Source: Tubulanus polymorphus
Lineage: Eukaryota > Animalia > Nemertea
Direction of reading: 5' to 3'
Assembly (NCBI RefSeq): GCF_964204645.1
Contig: NC_134030.1
Coordinates: forward strand, 7,731,122-7,795,121
Length of the DNA stretch: 64,000 nt
Positions 51,060-62,483 of this stretch are shown in pieces (the first letter of the stretch is position 1; each line of letters begins with the position of its first letter). The notes under the pieces were generated by a model. It was given only the letters and a program-made list of their open reading frames with translations, was not told the DNA's origin and did no database searches. The translations under genes and the position numbers were made by a program.

Positions 51060-52570
51060 CATTATTATTATTATTATTGTATAGGTCGTATTGAATATTA
51101 CGATTATTAATAATCTCGAGTTTATCCTTGGTCATAGCTTTAGTGACTTGCGGGCAGGCCGGATATGTGCAAAATCGTGTCTTCCAATTCTTAGTATAGG
51201 TGGCGATAGTAGTACTGAACTGTAACAGCAAAGTAGTCTTCGTTTCGTGCTCCTTTGTTCGTCTTTTACTTAATACTACGTAAAAACTGAGTTCGTGGAT
51301 TTCTAAAATGCAGAGAATTCGTTTTTAAGAGCTGCCTTTACTTTGTATGTATATTATTAATGATGTAGGAGCATTTTCATATGCGAATTATCAGTATTAA
51401 TTACTTAGTAGTAATATTTTATCGTTATATATAAATTGTATATTGATTTGTTTGTACATGGTGTACAGGTTTCTTTACTTGTAGTCAATCATTATGCTTT
51501 TGTCGGCGTTGCGTGGCGTTACATCGAAGCTTACCCCTTTATTCGGACGGTTGAAATATTTTACTCGTCTTGGCCTTGAGAAGAGTTATTCAGGTGCTAC
51601 GCGTATTAACGAAAGTATAATTCAATCATGTTGTCAAAGTGCAATTAATCATACTGGTCAACGAAAATGTATTTTTCAACGTGCTCGAAAATGTGCAATT
51701 TTACAGTTTACAAAAGAAAACTCAGTCTTCCAGAGTGCAATATGTATATCGAGTCATAATAGTATCAGAGCCCTATTAGTGGGTGTCTCAATAATTCAGA
51801 GGTGGCAATTATGTTGTCTTATATTCCCATTAACAATCAAGAAAAAAAAATGCTTCCAGCAGCTATGGGTGGAAGAAGATAGTGTCTTTTAGTTGTCATA
51901 TCTCTCAATATTTAGCTGGGTCATAGTCGTCATAGGTGTACATAGGTGCATGAAAAATAGCTATCTTCTTAGTTAGGCTTGTAAATAGTAATAAAGAAAT
52001 ATAGGTATACATATATGTATGTATCAGCATTTCATTCCAATATCATTTATATAGAATGATATGAAGAAGAAATTTGTTCAGTTCTTGTTTCGATTCTATT
52101 GAATTGTTTTAAATATCGCCATATATATGTTTCCTCGTGATCAAATAAGTGAAAATACGTGTGTTTGCATGTCCGTACTAAAATCTTGTCTCCTATTTTG
52201 GTTCTCGTCGCTTAAACTACTAGAGATATTTTGTTGCAGGTCCTGTTTATTACAACAACAAAAAAAAACGGGTGGCATTCCGTGGATGTGCCAATATCAT
52301 TCCAACGATGACTAGCTACCAAATATTCTGTGTACGTTTAATCGTCTCTTCGAAATTATGTACTTTAACTATGTATGTTCGTGTCTGTGAATCTCTTAAA
52401 ACACTTTTACCTTTTCAAATATGAATTTTTCCGATTCTCAATGTAGCAATAATAACGATCACAAACAATGAGGCAATGAGAGGTGAATATTACTATGAAC
52501 ATTTAATCCTAATGTACAAAAAAATGACTATTTCACAGGATAATAAAATTTTGTTATTAAAAATAATGTC
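48443..52570 (+). other. Probable long ZEB 3' UTR
   Basis: AT-rich, largely transposon-free stretch after the stop; AATAAA 52542-52547 and ATTAAA 52556-52561 followed by GT-rich sequence. Earlier AATAAA signals exist (e.g. ~49553, ~51990). Confidence 0.55.
51030..51078. repeat. (ATT)n microsatellite in ZEB 3' UTR region
   Basis: Direct read, one ATC interruption. Confidence 0.95.
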
Positions 52571-53813
52571 TTGTCTTCAGTATTCTTACTTGGATTTGAA
52601 CCATGGAGTGGTAACTTAACAATGGTATGTGGCAAAAGGATTTGTTATTTCCTTATAGTATAAAAGTATTGGTCATGGATGTGGTGATAACTGGGACAGG
52701 AGTGAGGATTATTATATTCACATAACCACCAATAGTCTATGGAACTACAACACAAATACCTATGTTAGGGGAACTCGGATACCAATAGAGTAATTGATAA
52801 AGTTAAGTATTCTATATTGCTTTTTAGGCTTCATTTTAATGTGGTTTAAAGAATATTTTCATATTTATAACTGGGAATGACAAAACTGGTCCAAGTAAGC
52901 AAAATCTGAGTTCACAAAAATGATTTGTTTTAGTCAAAAGACTGAGTTGGCCATTAAGGTGAAGTCTACTGTACATGCATATTTTTTCCCATTAAAATAT
53001 TGGCTTTAGAGAGAGAGCATTTCGAATGAAAATTTGCTGCATCTTCCTCAGATTTGGCTGAACCATTAAATTCTAATAAGGTAAGCGAATTCTGAGGTAG
53101 CCAAAGCAATAATGGGTCATCATCACTTGAATCTTGATAGAAACATTTTTGATATCTGCGGCATGTGATTATTTGAGGTAACCAGTGCTATGGTATGTCG
53201 AATCCACTGGTAGTCACAAATTGTGGAGAACCTTATTGTTATAGCTACATCTACACTTGCTTCTTGTACCCGGGTTACGCTTCTACGCTCAAAACGAGGG
53301 TACAGCAGAGTTTTCTGCAAAACCCAGATTTAGAAATCCTTCAAAAAGAACCCGCGTTTGTGTAAAACTCTGCATTTTCTCTAGTGTAGATGGGAAACCC
53401 GTGTTCAATGCAGCTTCTGGGTGCCACACTTGAACCTGAACTAGAGACATGTAGATTCGTACTATCGAAGCCGAATTAAGTATAGGCGCTACTCACTGCA
53501 GACGCAGGTTTTCATCGAACCCGCATATATTGAAACCCAGGCTCAACAAAAGCTAGCGTAAACATGTCTTAAATGGGGTTTCAACTGTGTCGCATTTACC
53601 TTGCACTCAATCCAAAGTCACCCAGCTCCAATACCAAGGACTCCTTTGAGCACGTGTGATCAAGTATCCTCGACTGTGTAATACCACACTAAATCAATTC
53701 ACAACAGAACAACTTAATGGGTATACTCATAGACGGAATTTAATTTACAACAAATGTATATATAAAAATACATAAACTGATTTTGCGGACAGTTTCAGAG
53801 TCAATAAATTCTG

Positions 53814-54050
53814 TTAATCGTTCAACCATTTCACAGTTAATGCATTTCGAAGTTCGAACACCGATATCGTTTCAATCCACGGGTAAAATCGAATCGTCAT
53901 TTCATCGGTCACCATATGAAATCCGTTGTCGGAAAATCGGCCGGAAATCGCGATCGCTTCTATCCACACGAACAAGGCCATTTGACCGGTTTGTCTCAAT
54001 GTTATATCACAACACGTATTCTCTTCTGTACTGTATTTAACATCCACTAC
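53814..54050 (-). CDS. MANBA: MANBA exon 17 (terminal)
   Basis: ALFVWIEA...GRFSDNGF, stop TAA. Confidence 0.93.
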   Translation of the reverse strand, partial: VVDVKYSTEENTCCDITLRQTGQMALFVWIEAIAISGRFSDNGFHMVTDEMTIRFYPWIETISVFELRNALTVKWLND

Positions 54051-57000
54051 CTGAAAGTATGATATTAACTATCATTGCAATAGTTCAATCTTCTCGGGAC
54101 ATTCATTCCCGATCAAACAGAATTTAAATATGGAAACCCCTGCTTAGTTGGACAATAAGGGATCAATAAATCCGCTTTACGAGAAATCCTGATAAAACAT
54201 CATATTTTACATGCATCTTTGTGTAAGGAGTGTTAATAATATCCGTATAAGATCAAAATCAGGGTTAAGCAGAATTGTTTATGTATGGCAACGTATTAAT
54301 CTGCATTATTCTGCAATTCTAATATAAATGGACCATTTCATTTGGTTCTAGGTTTGAAAAGTTAATTCCAAGATTATAGTAGCGTACTAGTAGCATTTAT
54401 GGTGATAGTAGAATAGCCACAGTCTGTTTTGGAGTACAGATAATAAGTTTAAAATCCACGATAAACAAAGTCTAAAAGCCCAAAATAAAAAGACTACAAC
54501 GTTACAAACTTTCACTAGACACCTGATGTTGACCTCTAGTGAGAATTCGAAATGTTGTGTCTTGGTTTTGATTTTGATAAACAGAATTTGCTTTCAATCT
54601 TTTAAACTTTGCATATTAAAGTGGGTTTTAACTCTTTCACATGTTTGGGAAATGTCACATCTATCTATAATATCATTATATGACATCTAAAAGCCGCACA
54701 AGGGTACTCACATCGACTCTAGACTTGGCAACAGCTGCAGCGTGTTTCAGTGGAGCCAGAAATAGAAAATTGTGTGCAGTCTCGATCCACCGGCCAGACT
54801 CATGCCACTCATACAGCGTAAAATACAGAAAACAGTCCTTTTCATTTTTACACCCGGCATATGGAAGGAATGAGGTCAAGTTGAGTGTTCGTACGTTAAC
54901 TGACGCGAGGTTTGGCTAAAAGAAAAGAAGTGACATATTCATCGTATGAAGTTTTTACTGAATCTTATCTGACCACGTTTCATCATTTATTTATCCATAC
55001 CTTATAGAAACCAAAACTATCAACTCCCGGCAATGGTTTTCCAGCGATCAAGGACCAAACTGTGACAAGACACTTCAGCCCTAGCTCTAACGGTCTATAG
55101 TAAAGAGTTTCGTTCATTGGTGGCGATGATGAGAACACAAAGGCATCGTGTATGTAATGAATATTCAGTGTTTGACCATCTGCTTCGATAAATGGTGAAA
55201 TCAACTGTTTCGCGAAGAAGTTTTTAACGTAATAATGCAGCATCTTCCACTTTCCAGTGGATTCTGAAATAATACATCATTCCACGCATAGTCAGAGTAG
55301 AGTAGTATATGATTATATAATATGCTTATATCACAAAAGCCAGAAGTATCCAATCTAAGTCAACAAACTAATGCAATATCTTAGAGAAACTCCTGAAAGT
55401 TCTATGGGTTTTGAAGAGCACAGGACCCTAGTTTTAGTTTCTGCGTAAGTCTATCACAAGCGTCTCAAGTCAATTGTTCGCATCGATCAGGGAAACTCGG
55501 TGTTCAAGACAAATACGATGCAGTTCTTTCATTTCGTTCATTTTCCGTCTCGCGTATTCGTAGTAAACATATCGCACTCCTTCCAACGTCACCAGCTGTA
55601 ACTGACGATTTTTCCGATGCGACAAGATTCCGTCGTCGTTGGCGCGATTGTACCATGCGTCCAATCGTTTCAGCCGATGATCGAAGTGCTTGATGGCGCG
55701 GCAGGCAGCGCGAAATCGTCGCTCGATTTCGTAGTATTTCCGACGTATGGCTAGAGAGCCAATTCCATGTAGAAATGTTGTTGAGTCCATATCAACGGTG
55801 TCGATACATCCGTACAACATTGTAGATATACGATTTCCCATATTGATGATGAGCAATTAACTGTGTGAGATGTGCACAGCAAGTGAGTACAAGTCATATA
55901 CCTGTAGTCTATATAGTCTCCACAAAGCAAGTTTTTAATTGGCTTTCTCTACTAATTAACAATGCCATTCTTTGTTGTGTGCTAGACAATTTGCTGTTTG
56001 CAAAAATGTTAATTATCAACTGAAGCCTGAACTGAACAAAATAGTCTGTTATGCACTAATTAGCAATGTTTGTATACTAGTTAAGTATTCAAAGACACGC
56101 TTTCCTTAAATTATGCTGTTGATTGATTAAGTTTGGTTTAGGTCAACAAAGTGTGCTGCTGTTTACTAGGTGTCCCAGACATTGAGACTGTCATATTTCA
56201 TAACTAATTGTTGCATGGTGTTGGCAGACATATGATGAGATAGAAAGATCTAAGGCACCTTCCGTAACAGGGCAAGCAATTTTTCCAGTTGGTCAAATTT
56301 ATGTGTCCTTTGATTGGAGATATTCGAATACAATAAATTCAATAAGATTGAAACTATATAAGCTGTTGGTCTATGGCAAGTCTGAAATCTTATGTCTTTT
56401 AATTCTAATTCTCAATAACTGTTCGATAGTCGTTCATCTTATCATCAATTCTCCACATCTGAGACTACTAAAATCAATGCAAGTTCAGTGAATATTGCTC
56501 CGGTTGTTAATGTTGAGATACATACCAATTGATGACCAACTAGGTGCTGGCCATATATCCTGTAATTGCCAGTAGAGGGCGCCCATCGTCATTCCGTGGC
56601 CGTCCATTAAGTTATTCTGCAATCGGCGATAATGTTCAGTCTCTGTTTTGATTATCATCGCTTGATTAATCTGCAAAATACGAAAATGGGTGAAATTTTC
56701 GCAAGCCAGCTATGGAAAACAATATGGGGACCAGTTGCGCGAATGTTGGTTAGAGTTAACCAGTCGATAGTTGACAGTGGCAATTATAAGTTCATTGTTA
56801 GTATGGTACTTATCCCCTGGTTATCTTTAACCAACTATTGAGCAACCTGGCCCCTGATGGCTGATGAAATCATTGGTTGATAGCTTTTCTGCTATAGAAA
56901 AAGGACCAAAGAACTGAACTAATAAAGCCCTTACTGTCGCTCTGACAGAAAAGGACTTTAACCAATACTTGCCTGTAATAAGTAAATTATTTGTAAAAAG

Positions 57001-60000
57001 TCATTGGTTGCATTAGGCGTCTTCGGAATGTTCAGATTCACAGAGAGCACATCAAGGTTTTGTTTATTTCCTGAAAAGTTTATCATACAAATTCTTCATC
57101 CAACAATACTGAATATCAAATAATGAAAAATATCAGTGATTAAGTAGCGATTACTGACCATTAGCGTGATGTTGTCGATGTTGTAAGAATTTACTGTCAT
57201 AATACCAATCTTCTCTCGCGGAGACTTTCTTTAAAGTTTCGAACGAGGGTAACGACTGAAATCCATATTCGGAAACGAACCGCGCTCTCGGATATGCTTT
57301 CCAATCCCATAGCTGTCCTCTGTATACATAGAAATGATCTGAAAAATGGAATCAGCTTCTCGTTAGTAACAACGTTTCAGCTAAACGTTTTGAGAAAATT
57401 CAAAACTATCATTCCATGAGTTTCAGTGTCGAATACAGAACATATTTGCCACATTGGATAATGAAAATTTTCTTTCCCCCATATAAGGCATTTTCAACTC
57501 AATCTTCAAATCAACAATAAATCCCTTTTAATGTAAAAGATATGACTCGGATTTTCTGGGATCCCTTATCTTTTCAATTTTGGCACAAGCCACTGGTACT
57601 GGCTTTTTTGGAGATCGAATATGCCCTTACATCTCTCGCTCCTGTTATTTGAAACTGTACTGTTTAGTAACATCCTTGATCTACATCAATGCATTTCATA
57701 GAATACGATAACCTTTCAACTCGTTGCATCATGGTAATATACACGTAGTTGGTAAGATTCTACTTACCATCTCCGAATGCTTCGTCGTAGGGGTTTTTCT
57801 GAACCCAATTCTTCCTGGTCTGTTCGAGTATTCCGTTGCTCGGACTGGAAACGACGAAAGGTCGATTGGAAGCGTCTTCCTTCGTAACGACATCTCTAAT
57901 CGTGTCGACGTACAGTTTAACGTAATCTGCGTAGAACAAACTGTAGTTTCTAGAAGTTCCATACCTGTCGGGAATAGATCACAGATATCATAGAATTTCA
58001 TTGTCATGCGCAGAGTGACTTTTCCACAAACCCCTCTGATATAGTTACCATTCAATTGTAACTCTGATTCTAGTTAACAGATAAATGTAGAAGTAGATAT
58101 ACAAAGAAATCTACAGCCTGCTGTACTGTAGCCTTCTGGCTTAACAAGAGAGCTCAAGGCTTTACTAATTTGAAGACATTTTATACCAGTCATTGAATAT
58201 ACGCACCAGTTATCAGCTAATGCGGCTTCATTTTCATTGTTTCCACTCCAAAGAGCGATGGCCGGATGATGTGATAAACGCTGAATCTACCAAGAGAGAC
58301 AGTCAGCTTTATACTTAATCGGACTGGTGGTTTTGTTCTGTTTCAAATATTCAATATTTAATAACATAATCAGTATTACCACCACACGCAGAGGTATTCT
58401 TGTCTTGACATAGTCATAGTTAGGCAGCTATCTTTGTCTGTTACAGATTGTTTAATATCTAAATACAGTGATATTTCATTATTTAAAAAGTAAGAGGGCA
58501 TTTTACCTGTTGTTTGATTTCTTCCGTCACTGACCTCAGAAATTGTGATGTTGTTGGATACATGGCGCAGGCAAACATCATATCCTGCCAAATCAGGATT
58601 CCATATTCAGAGGCCAGTTCATAGAACTCCTCCGATTCATACACCTGAAAATAAATTAAATGCCTGAATATTCAGTGGAAAGTGAATATAGCTCTCTTTA
58701 GAATAAAGCAGGAATACAATAGAATCCTCCTCTCAAGGTGGATCTTTTTTGGAACGTGGAAATTTGTCGTCTTGTACAATATTCGAGTTGGTGGCATATA
58801 ATTCATATATTTCAACAAAAATTTGAGTTAAACAAGTTGATCGAATCTAACTTGAGGGGAACGAGTCTACAGTAGATAATTAAGGTTAAAGCATTTTCAC
58901 AATCAGGCCCATATTAAAAACCATCTGCCGTGAACTCACATTGCAGTTGATTTTCATCTTTTCATCATTTAGTGAAACAATAACGAGATGCTTTTATCGG
59001 CAGTGATATAATAGATAAAATGATATAATAAAGCTTACTCCACCTCCCCAAACTCTCAGCATGTTGATGTGAGCATCGGCAGCCGATTGGAGGTAATTGC
59101 GAAGTCGACGTGCGGTAACTCGCTCCAGGAAACTATCGGCGGGAATCCAATTCGAGCCTTTCATGAATATTGGACGGTCGTTGATCTTGAAGTAGAAACT
59201 GAGGCCTGAAAAACATAATATCATCAGAATGAGCATCATATTACACTGGTCATTTATTGTACAGCCTTTTTATCACTAGTACGCAAAATCCAATTCTATA
59301 GTTCTTGTGCATAATTTGACTTAAGGTTTAAAACATTGTGAATGAACTAATTTCGACTGTATTTTGCAGTGGAGCAAATTAGCTCAAGTCAAATTTAGCT
59401 TAACATAGGTGTCTTACAATGCTGGTTAAATGTGCTCTCTCATACGAGATGTAGAGTTCTATCTTGGTTGAAAACGCTTCTATTCAGACATATGCCATAC
59501 CTGATGAATTTGGTATAGGTTCTTGAATTAGTTCAACAGTGCGGAAGCCAATTTTGAACGTTTTCACCTTTTTCTGTCCATTATAGAGAATTAGGTCATA
59601 TAGAGCTTGTTTCCCGTACCCATTAGGCCACCATAATTCTATCATCTCCACCTATACACCAATGTAAAAGATGATTAAAACTATAGAAGGTGATTTTTCG
59701 AAAAATAAATTTCAACTGCCAATAAGCCATACCTGCTGTTTGGGTAGAGAAATATTCATCTTATAAGTCGACTGTCCGGGCCGCAATTCAAATGAATCAC
59801 TGTAAACAAAATTGAATTTAGGGATCTTCAGACTGTAGATAAACAATGTTGACTTCAGACTGATGTGATGAAAGTTCAATGTTAATTGCAACATCCATGA
59901 ATTCATATCTGTAAAATACACGTTTTACCAGTTTCACCATACATATCAAGATGTTTGAGGTTATTACATTTAAATATTTGATTTGCGCTCAACTAAGCAA

Positions 60001-62093
60001 AGCTTAAGGCAGTTGGTGGGCATTAGTGGGTTCATCGTATCATTTTCCTTCTAATGGGGGAGAGGCCATAGAAGAACAATCAATCTAGGCCCTCTGCCAC
60101 TACCAGAGTTGGAACCCCCGCTTGATGAAACCAGTGAATAACCAATGGCTGAAACCACTAGGTCAATACTTCGCTTTTCTTTAGAACTTTCACAAAGAAG
60201 TTATATATACTATACCATGATTCTTGGAATGTATAACAGATACGGAAGACGAATCGAGCCAAAAACGACTGAAGAGAACCAAACTAATGTTCTTCCTGAA
60301 ATAGAAGCACATCAAACTGAATAGTGACATCTCTGTATAGGTTCATTAGGCCTATACATAAACTAGTGCTTCGCAACTTACCATATTCCCTGAGAAGGCA
60401 ACGACGGACCCCAATCCCATCCAAACGAACTTGGCATCTTGCGAATGAAGTTAACGTGGCACGCCCCCTGGTGATCGGGTAGCGTACAATCGGGTGGAAT
60501 GTCATATGACGATTCACGCCACATACGGGCGGCGTACGTAATCGCGGACTCGAATCTGATAGTAATTGTGTTCAAACCTGATAAAATATTCGCATGAAAT
60601 AGTCATCAGTTTATCATACGCGTTACCTAGCCTAGTCGATTGTATTCTTATATGACTTCTGCTATCACTCATCAAATCTTTTTAAAAATTTAAATCTGGT
60701 TAGAAATAGTTACAACTAAAGTTTTTGTCGAAACTACTATAGCTAACCAACTAATCATCAAGTCCCTATTTTTTTCTATGAAGCGGCAAAGCCTATCGTA
60801 TGGAATCGTTATCTTTTAGTTAGACTTGCCCAGGTAAATCTACCAACCATCATTTATCAAGTCTGATTTGATCTCGAAGACTCGTCTGATAAACATATTG
60901 TTTAAATTGGCCGCGATTTGTCGATCATTGATGGAGATGTTGGCGACTGTATCAATGCCATCACAAACCAGTAAAATAGAATCGGACTGCTGTTTTTTCA
61001 CTGAAATATGCAGAGTATACCTGATGTTATACCCAAAATCAGGGGCCAGTTTTTACAAAGTAAATTATAATAAGCTACTAAGGCATCCTTCTCAGATCAT
61101 CCTTCTAGATCATAATGCAATCAAAGTACGCTTGAATATATATCGATCAGTGATAAGCCATGGGAGTGGGAGATTTTATGGAAATACTAGGCCTAACTAT
61201 CGACGATTACCACTACAGCTACAGGAAAGCTAGCAAAATTGGGCAATTCATAAAAATCTTTCACCAAAGGATTTACCTAAAAAATTACGGGTGTAGGTCC
61301 AGTTATCCGTGGCGACCCACTGGTATAGATTGTCATTGAAGCGGTAATACGGATCACCGATGATACCATGGTTCATCAGATCAGTGAATACACTCCCCGG
61401 AACTTTGCCCAAAACTTTGATCGCTGCAAAGGGATGAAAGAAATAAAAACAAAGCCATGAAAATTCGTTTAAAGCCCTAAAGCGGCCAATGTTGGAAACT
61501 TGATAAAGAAATGAATTGAATTTGCATAATTTAATCGTACAGATAGTGACATTTCAGGGGTGGATCTAGGAAAATTGGATGGCCGGGTCCAGGAGAAAAG
61601 AAAAGGCATTATTCAGATAAAAAGCAGCTGTCATTTGCTACTACTTTGGTGATAGGCCCTAGATACTTTTTTAAGAAATAGATCAGAACATATTAATACG
61701 CAATTTCCGGAAGGATCAGGTTTTCACGATCTTTGAATTGACGAGAAGGGCAATCTCAATAGGAAGGCAGAGGTCCGGACCTAGTTACTAGTAGTTACCT
61801 AATCGATGGTGGTAAGCTTTTTATAATCGGATGGGCTTATACCAATTATGTGGTTTGTGAAAATATCCGATCGTGAAACTAAACCACGGACAGGTTACTG
61901 ACTAGTCCGGACCCAGCCAAAAAAGACCCCCCCCTACATTTTCCAAAAACGTACACTTATTTTGGTTTTCCAGAATCCATTCGCCATTAAGTTCTGAAAC
62001 GTTCGCTTCGAATTCTGTACCCTGATTAGATCCATAACAGCGAGAGAGTAACAGCACCGCACCAACTAGGATGTTTAGGCCGAAAAGCGTCAT
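53814..62093 (-). CDS. MANBA: Beta-mannosidase (GH2), 17 exons, ~916 aa; complement join(61955..62093,61277..61423,60848..61000,60382..60577,60216..60295,59733..59908,59501..59651,59039..59205,58507..58644,58207..58286,57768..57964,57159..57338,56973..57070,56526..56670,55001..55263,54712..54915,53814..54050)
   Basis: Signal-peptide-like N-terminus; motifs [56 protein letters not shown] (acid/base), [10 protein letters not shown] (nucleophile), [15 protein letters not shown]. All exon phases join (2751 nt). Alternative start ATG at 62108. Confidence 0.95.
54712..54915 (-). CDS. MANBA: MANBA exon 16
   Basis: Open frame, phase 0/0, CFLYF...NFLFLAPLK. Confidence 0.87.
55001..55263 (-). CDS. MANBA: MANBA exon 15
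   Basis: [14 protein letters not shown]. Confidence 0.92.
55470..55841 (-). CDS. Intronless 123-aa uncharacterised protein nested in MANBA intron 14 (MGNRIS...[12 protein letters not shown]...)
   Basis: Clean ORF, GC-richer than flanking intron, helical charged peptide, own upstream CCAAT/TATA/Inr-like elements, MGxxxS N-terminus. Confidence 0.75.
   Translation of the reverse strand: MGNRISTMLYGCIDTVDMDSTTFLHGIGSLAIRRKYYEIERRFRAACRAIKHFDHRLKRLDAWYNRANDDGILSHRKNRQLQLVTLEGVRYVYYEYARRKMNEMKELHRICLEHRVSLIDANN
55880..55942 (-). promoter_or_regulatory. Core promoter of nested ORF: CCAAT (55942-55938), TATATA (55915-55910), Inr-like TCACTT (55886-55881)
   Basis: TATA to Inr A spacing ~31 nt; first ATG downstream of the Inr is the ORF start at 55841. 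Confidence 0.6.
56526..56670 (-). CDS. MANBA: MANBA exon 14
   Basis: [14 protein letters not shown]...[20 protein letters not shown]. Confidence 0.95.
56726..56855. mobile_element. Short MITE in MANBA intron 13
   Basis: GGGGACCAGTTGC ... GCAACCTGGCCCC imperfect TIRs, inner TTGGTTA/TAACCAA. Confidence 0.6.
56973..57070 (-). CDS. MANBA: MANBA exon 13 (GC donor)
   Basis: GNKQ...FLQIIYLLQ ending CAG|GCAAGT, phase 0. Confidence 0.88.
57159..57338 (-). CDS. MANBA: MANBA exon 12 (catalytic nucleophile)
   Basis: HFY...[16 protein letters not shown]...HRQHH. Confidence 0.95.
57768..57964 (-). CDS. MANBA: MANBA exon 11
   Basis: [10 protein letters not shown]...[11 protein letters not shown]...FGD. 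Confidence 0.94.
58207..58286 (-). CDS. MANBA: MANBA exon 10 (catalytic acid/base)
   Basis: [18 protein letters not shown]. Confidence 0.95.
58507..58644 (-). CDS. MANBA: MANBA exon 9
   Basis: VYESEEFYE...[16 protein letters not shown]. Confidence 0.95.
58715..58874. mobile_element. Degenerate Tc1/mariner-type MITE in MANBA intron 8
   Basis: TACAATAGAATC...CTCAAG / CTTGAG...GAGTCTACAGTA imperfect inverted ends. Confidence 0.5.
59039..59205 (-). CDS. MANBA: MANBA exon 8
   Basis: GLSFYFKIN...[11 protein letters not shown]...NMLRVWGGG. Confidence 0.95.
59501..59651 (-). CDS. MANBA: MANBA exon 7
   Basis: [13 protein letters not shown]...[12 protein letters not shown]. Confidence 0.94.
59733..59908 (-). 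CDS. MANBA: MANBA exon 6
   Basis: Open frame, ttacag acceptor, CAG|GTATGG donor. Confidence 0.85.
60216..60295 (-). CDS. MANBA: MANBA exon 5
   Basis: Phase 2/1 fit, (W)KNISLVLF. Confidence 0.82.
60382..60577 (-). CDS. MANBA: MANBA exon 4
   Basis: [27 protein letters not shown]. Confidence 0.95.
60848..61000 (-). CDS. MANBA: MANBA exon 3
   Basis: [15 protein letters not shown]...NMF. Confidence 0.9.
61277..61423 (-). CDS. MANBA: MANBA exon 2
   Basis: [10 protein letters not shown]...DPYYRFND...DNWTY. Confidence 0.93.
61955..62093 (-). CDS. MANBA: MANBA exon 1 (signal peptide)
   Basis: [21 protein letters not shown]...[12 protein letters not shown], donor GTACGT. Confidence 0.85.
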
Positions 62094-62453
62094 TTTCGTT
62101 GTCAACATTTCGTCATTTGAGAGAACTGTCAAATCCAAAATAAGGGCGCAACGGCCTTGAGAAAATGCGCGATTTACTTGGTAAACTGTTTATTTTTACG
62201 GAGGGCGAACTCTTTTATCAGATCGGAGAATCCGTTTGCCTCCAATCATACTCTTTTATTGGTCACTTTTTGAGTCTCCGAAACCTCCTTTCTGTCGAGG
62301 TGGTGTGATTCGGATTTTGTGTGGAGCCAACCGGAGATTTCGGACGGAGACTTCGGAGGTCATAAAGTATGGAAGCCCTGAGACGACATTGCCAGTTGCC
62401 AGTTGCCAAATGCTTCTTGTTTGCTAGCTTTGCTTGCTTGCTTGAGTAGGCCT

Positions 62454-62483
62454 ACCTATTCAGTTTTCGAAAACTGAATAGGT
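62454..62483. repeat. Perfect 30-bp palindrome upstream of MANBA
   Basis: ACCTATTCAGTTTTCGAAAACTGAATAGGT. Confidence 0.95.

Noticed and set aside
50809-51231. 140-aa minus ORF with poly-Asn
   Set aside because: Produced by the (ATT)n microsatellite in the ZEB UTR region.
60284-60340. Upstream alternative acceptor for MANBA exon 5 (tatacag near 60333)
   Set aside because: Joining it to the phase-2 donor creates an immediate TGA; the 60295 acceptor preserves GIWK.
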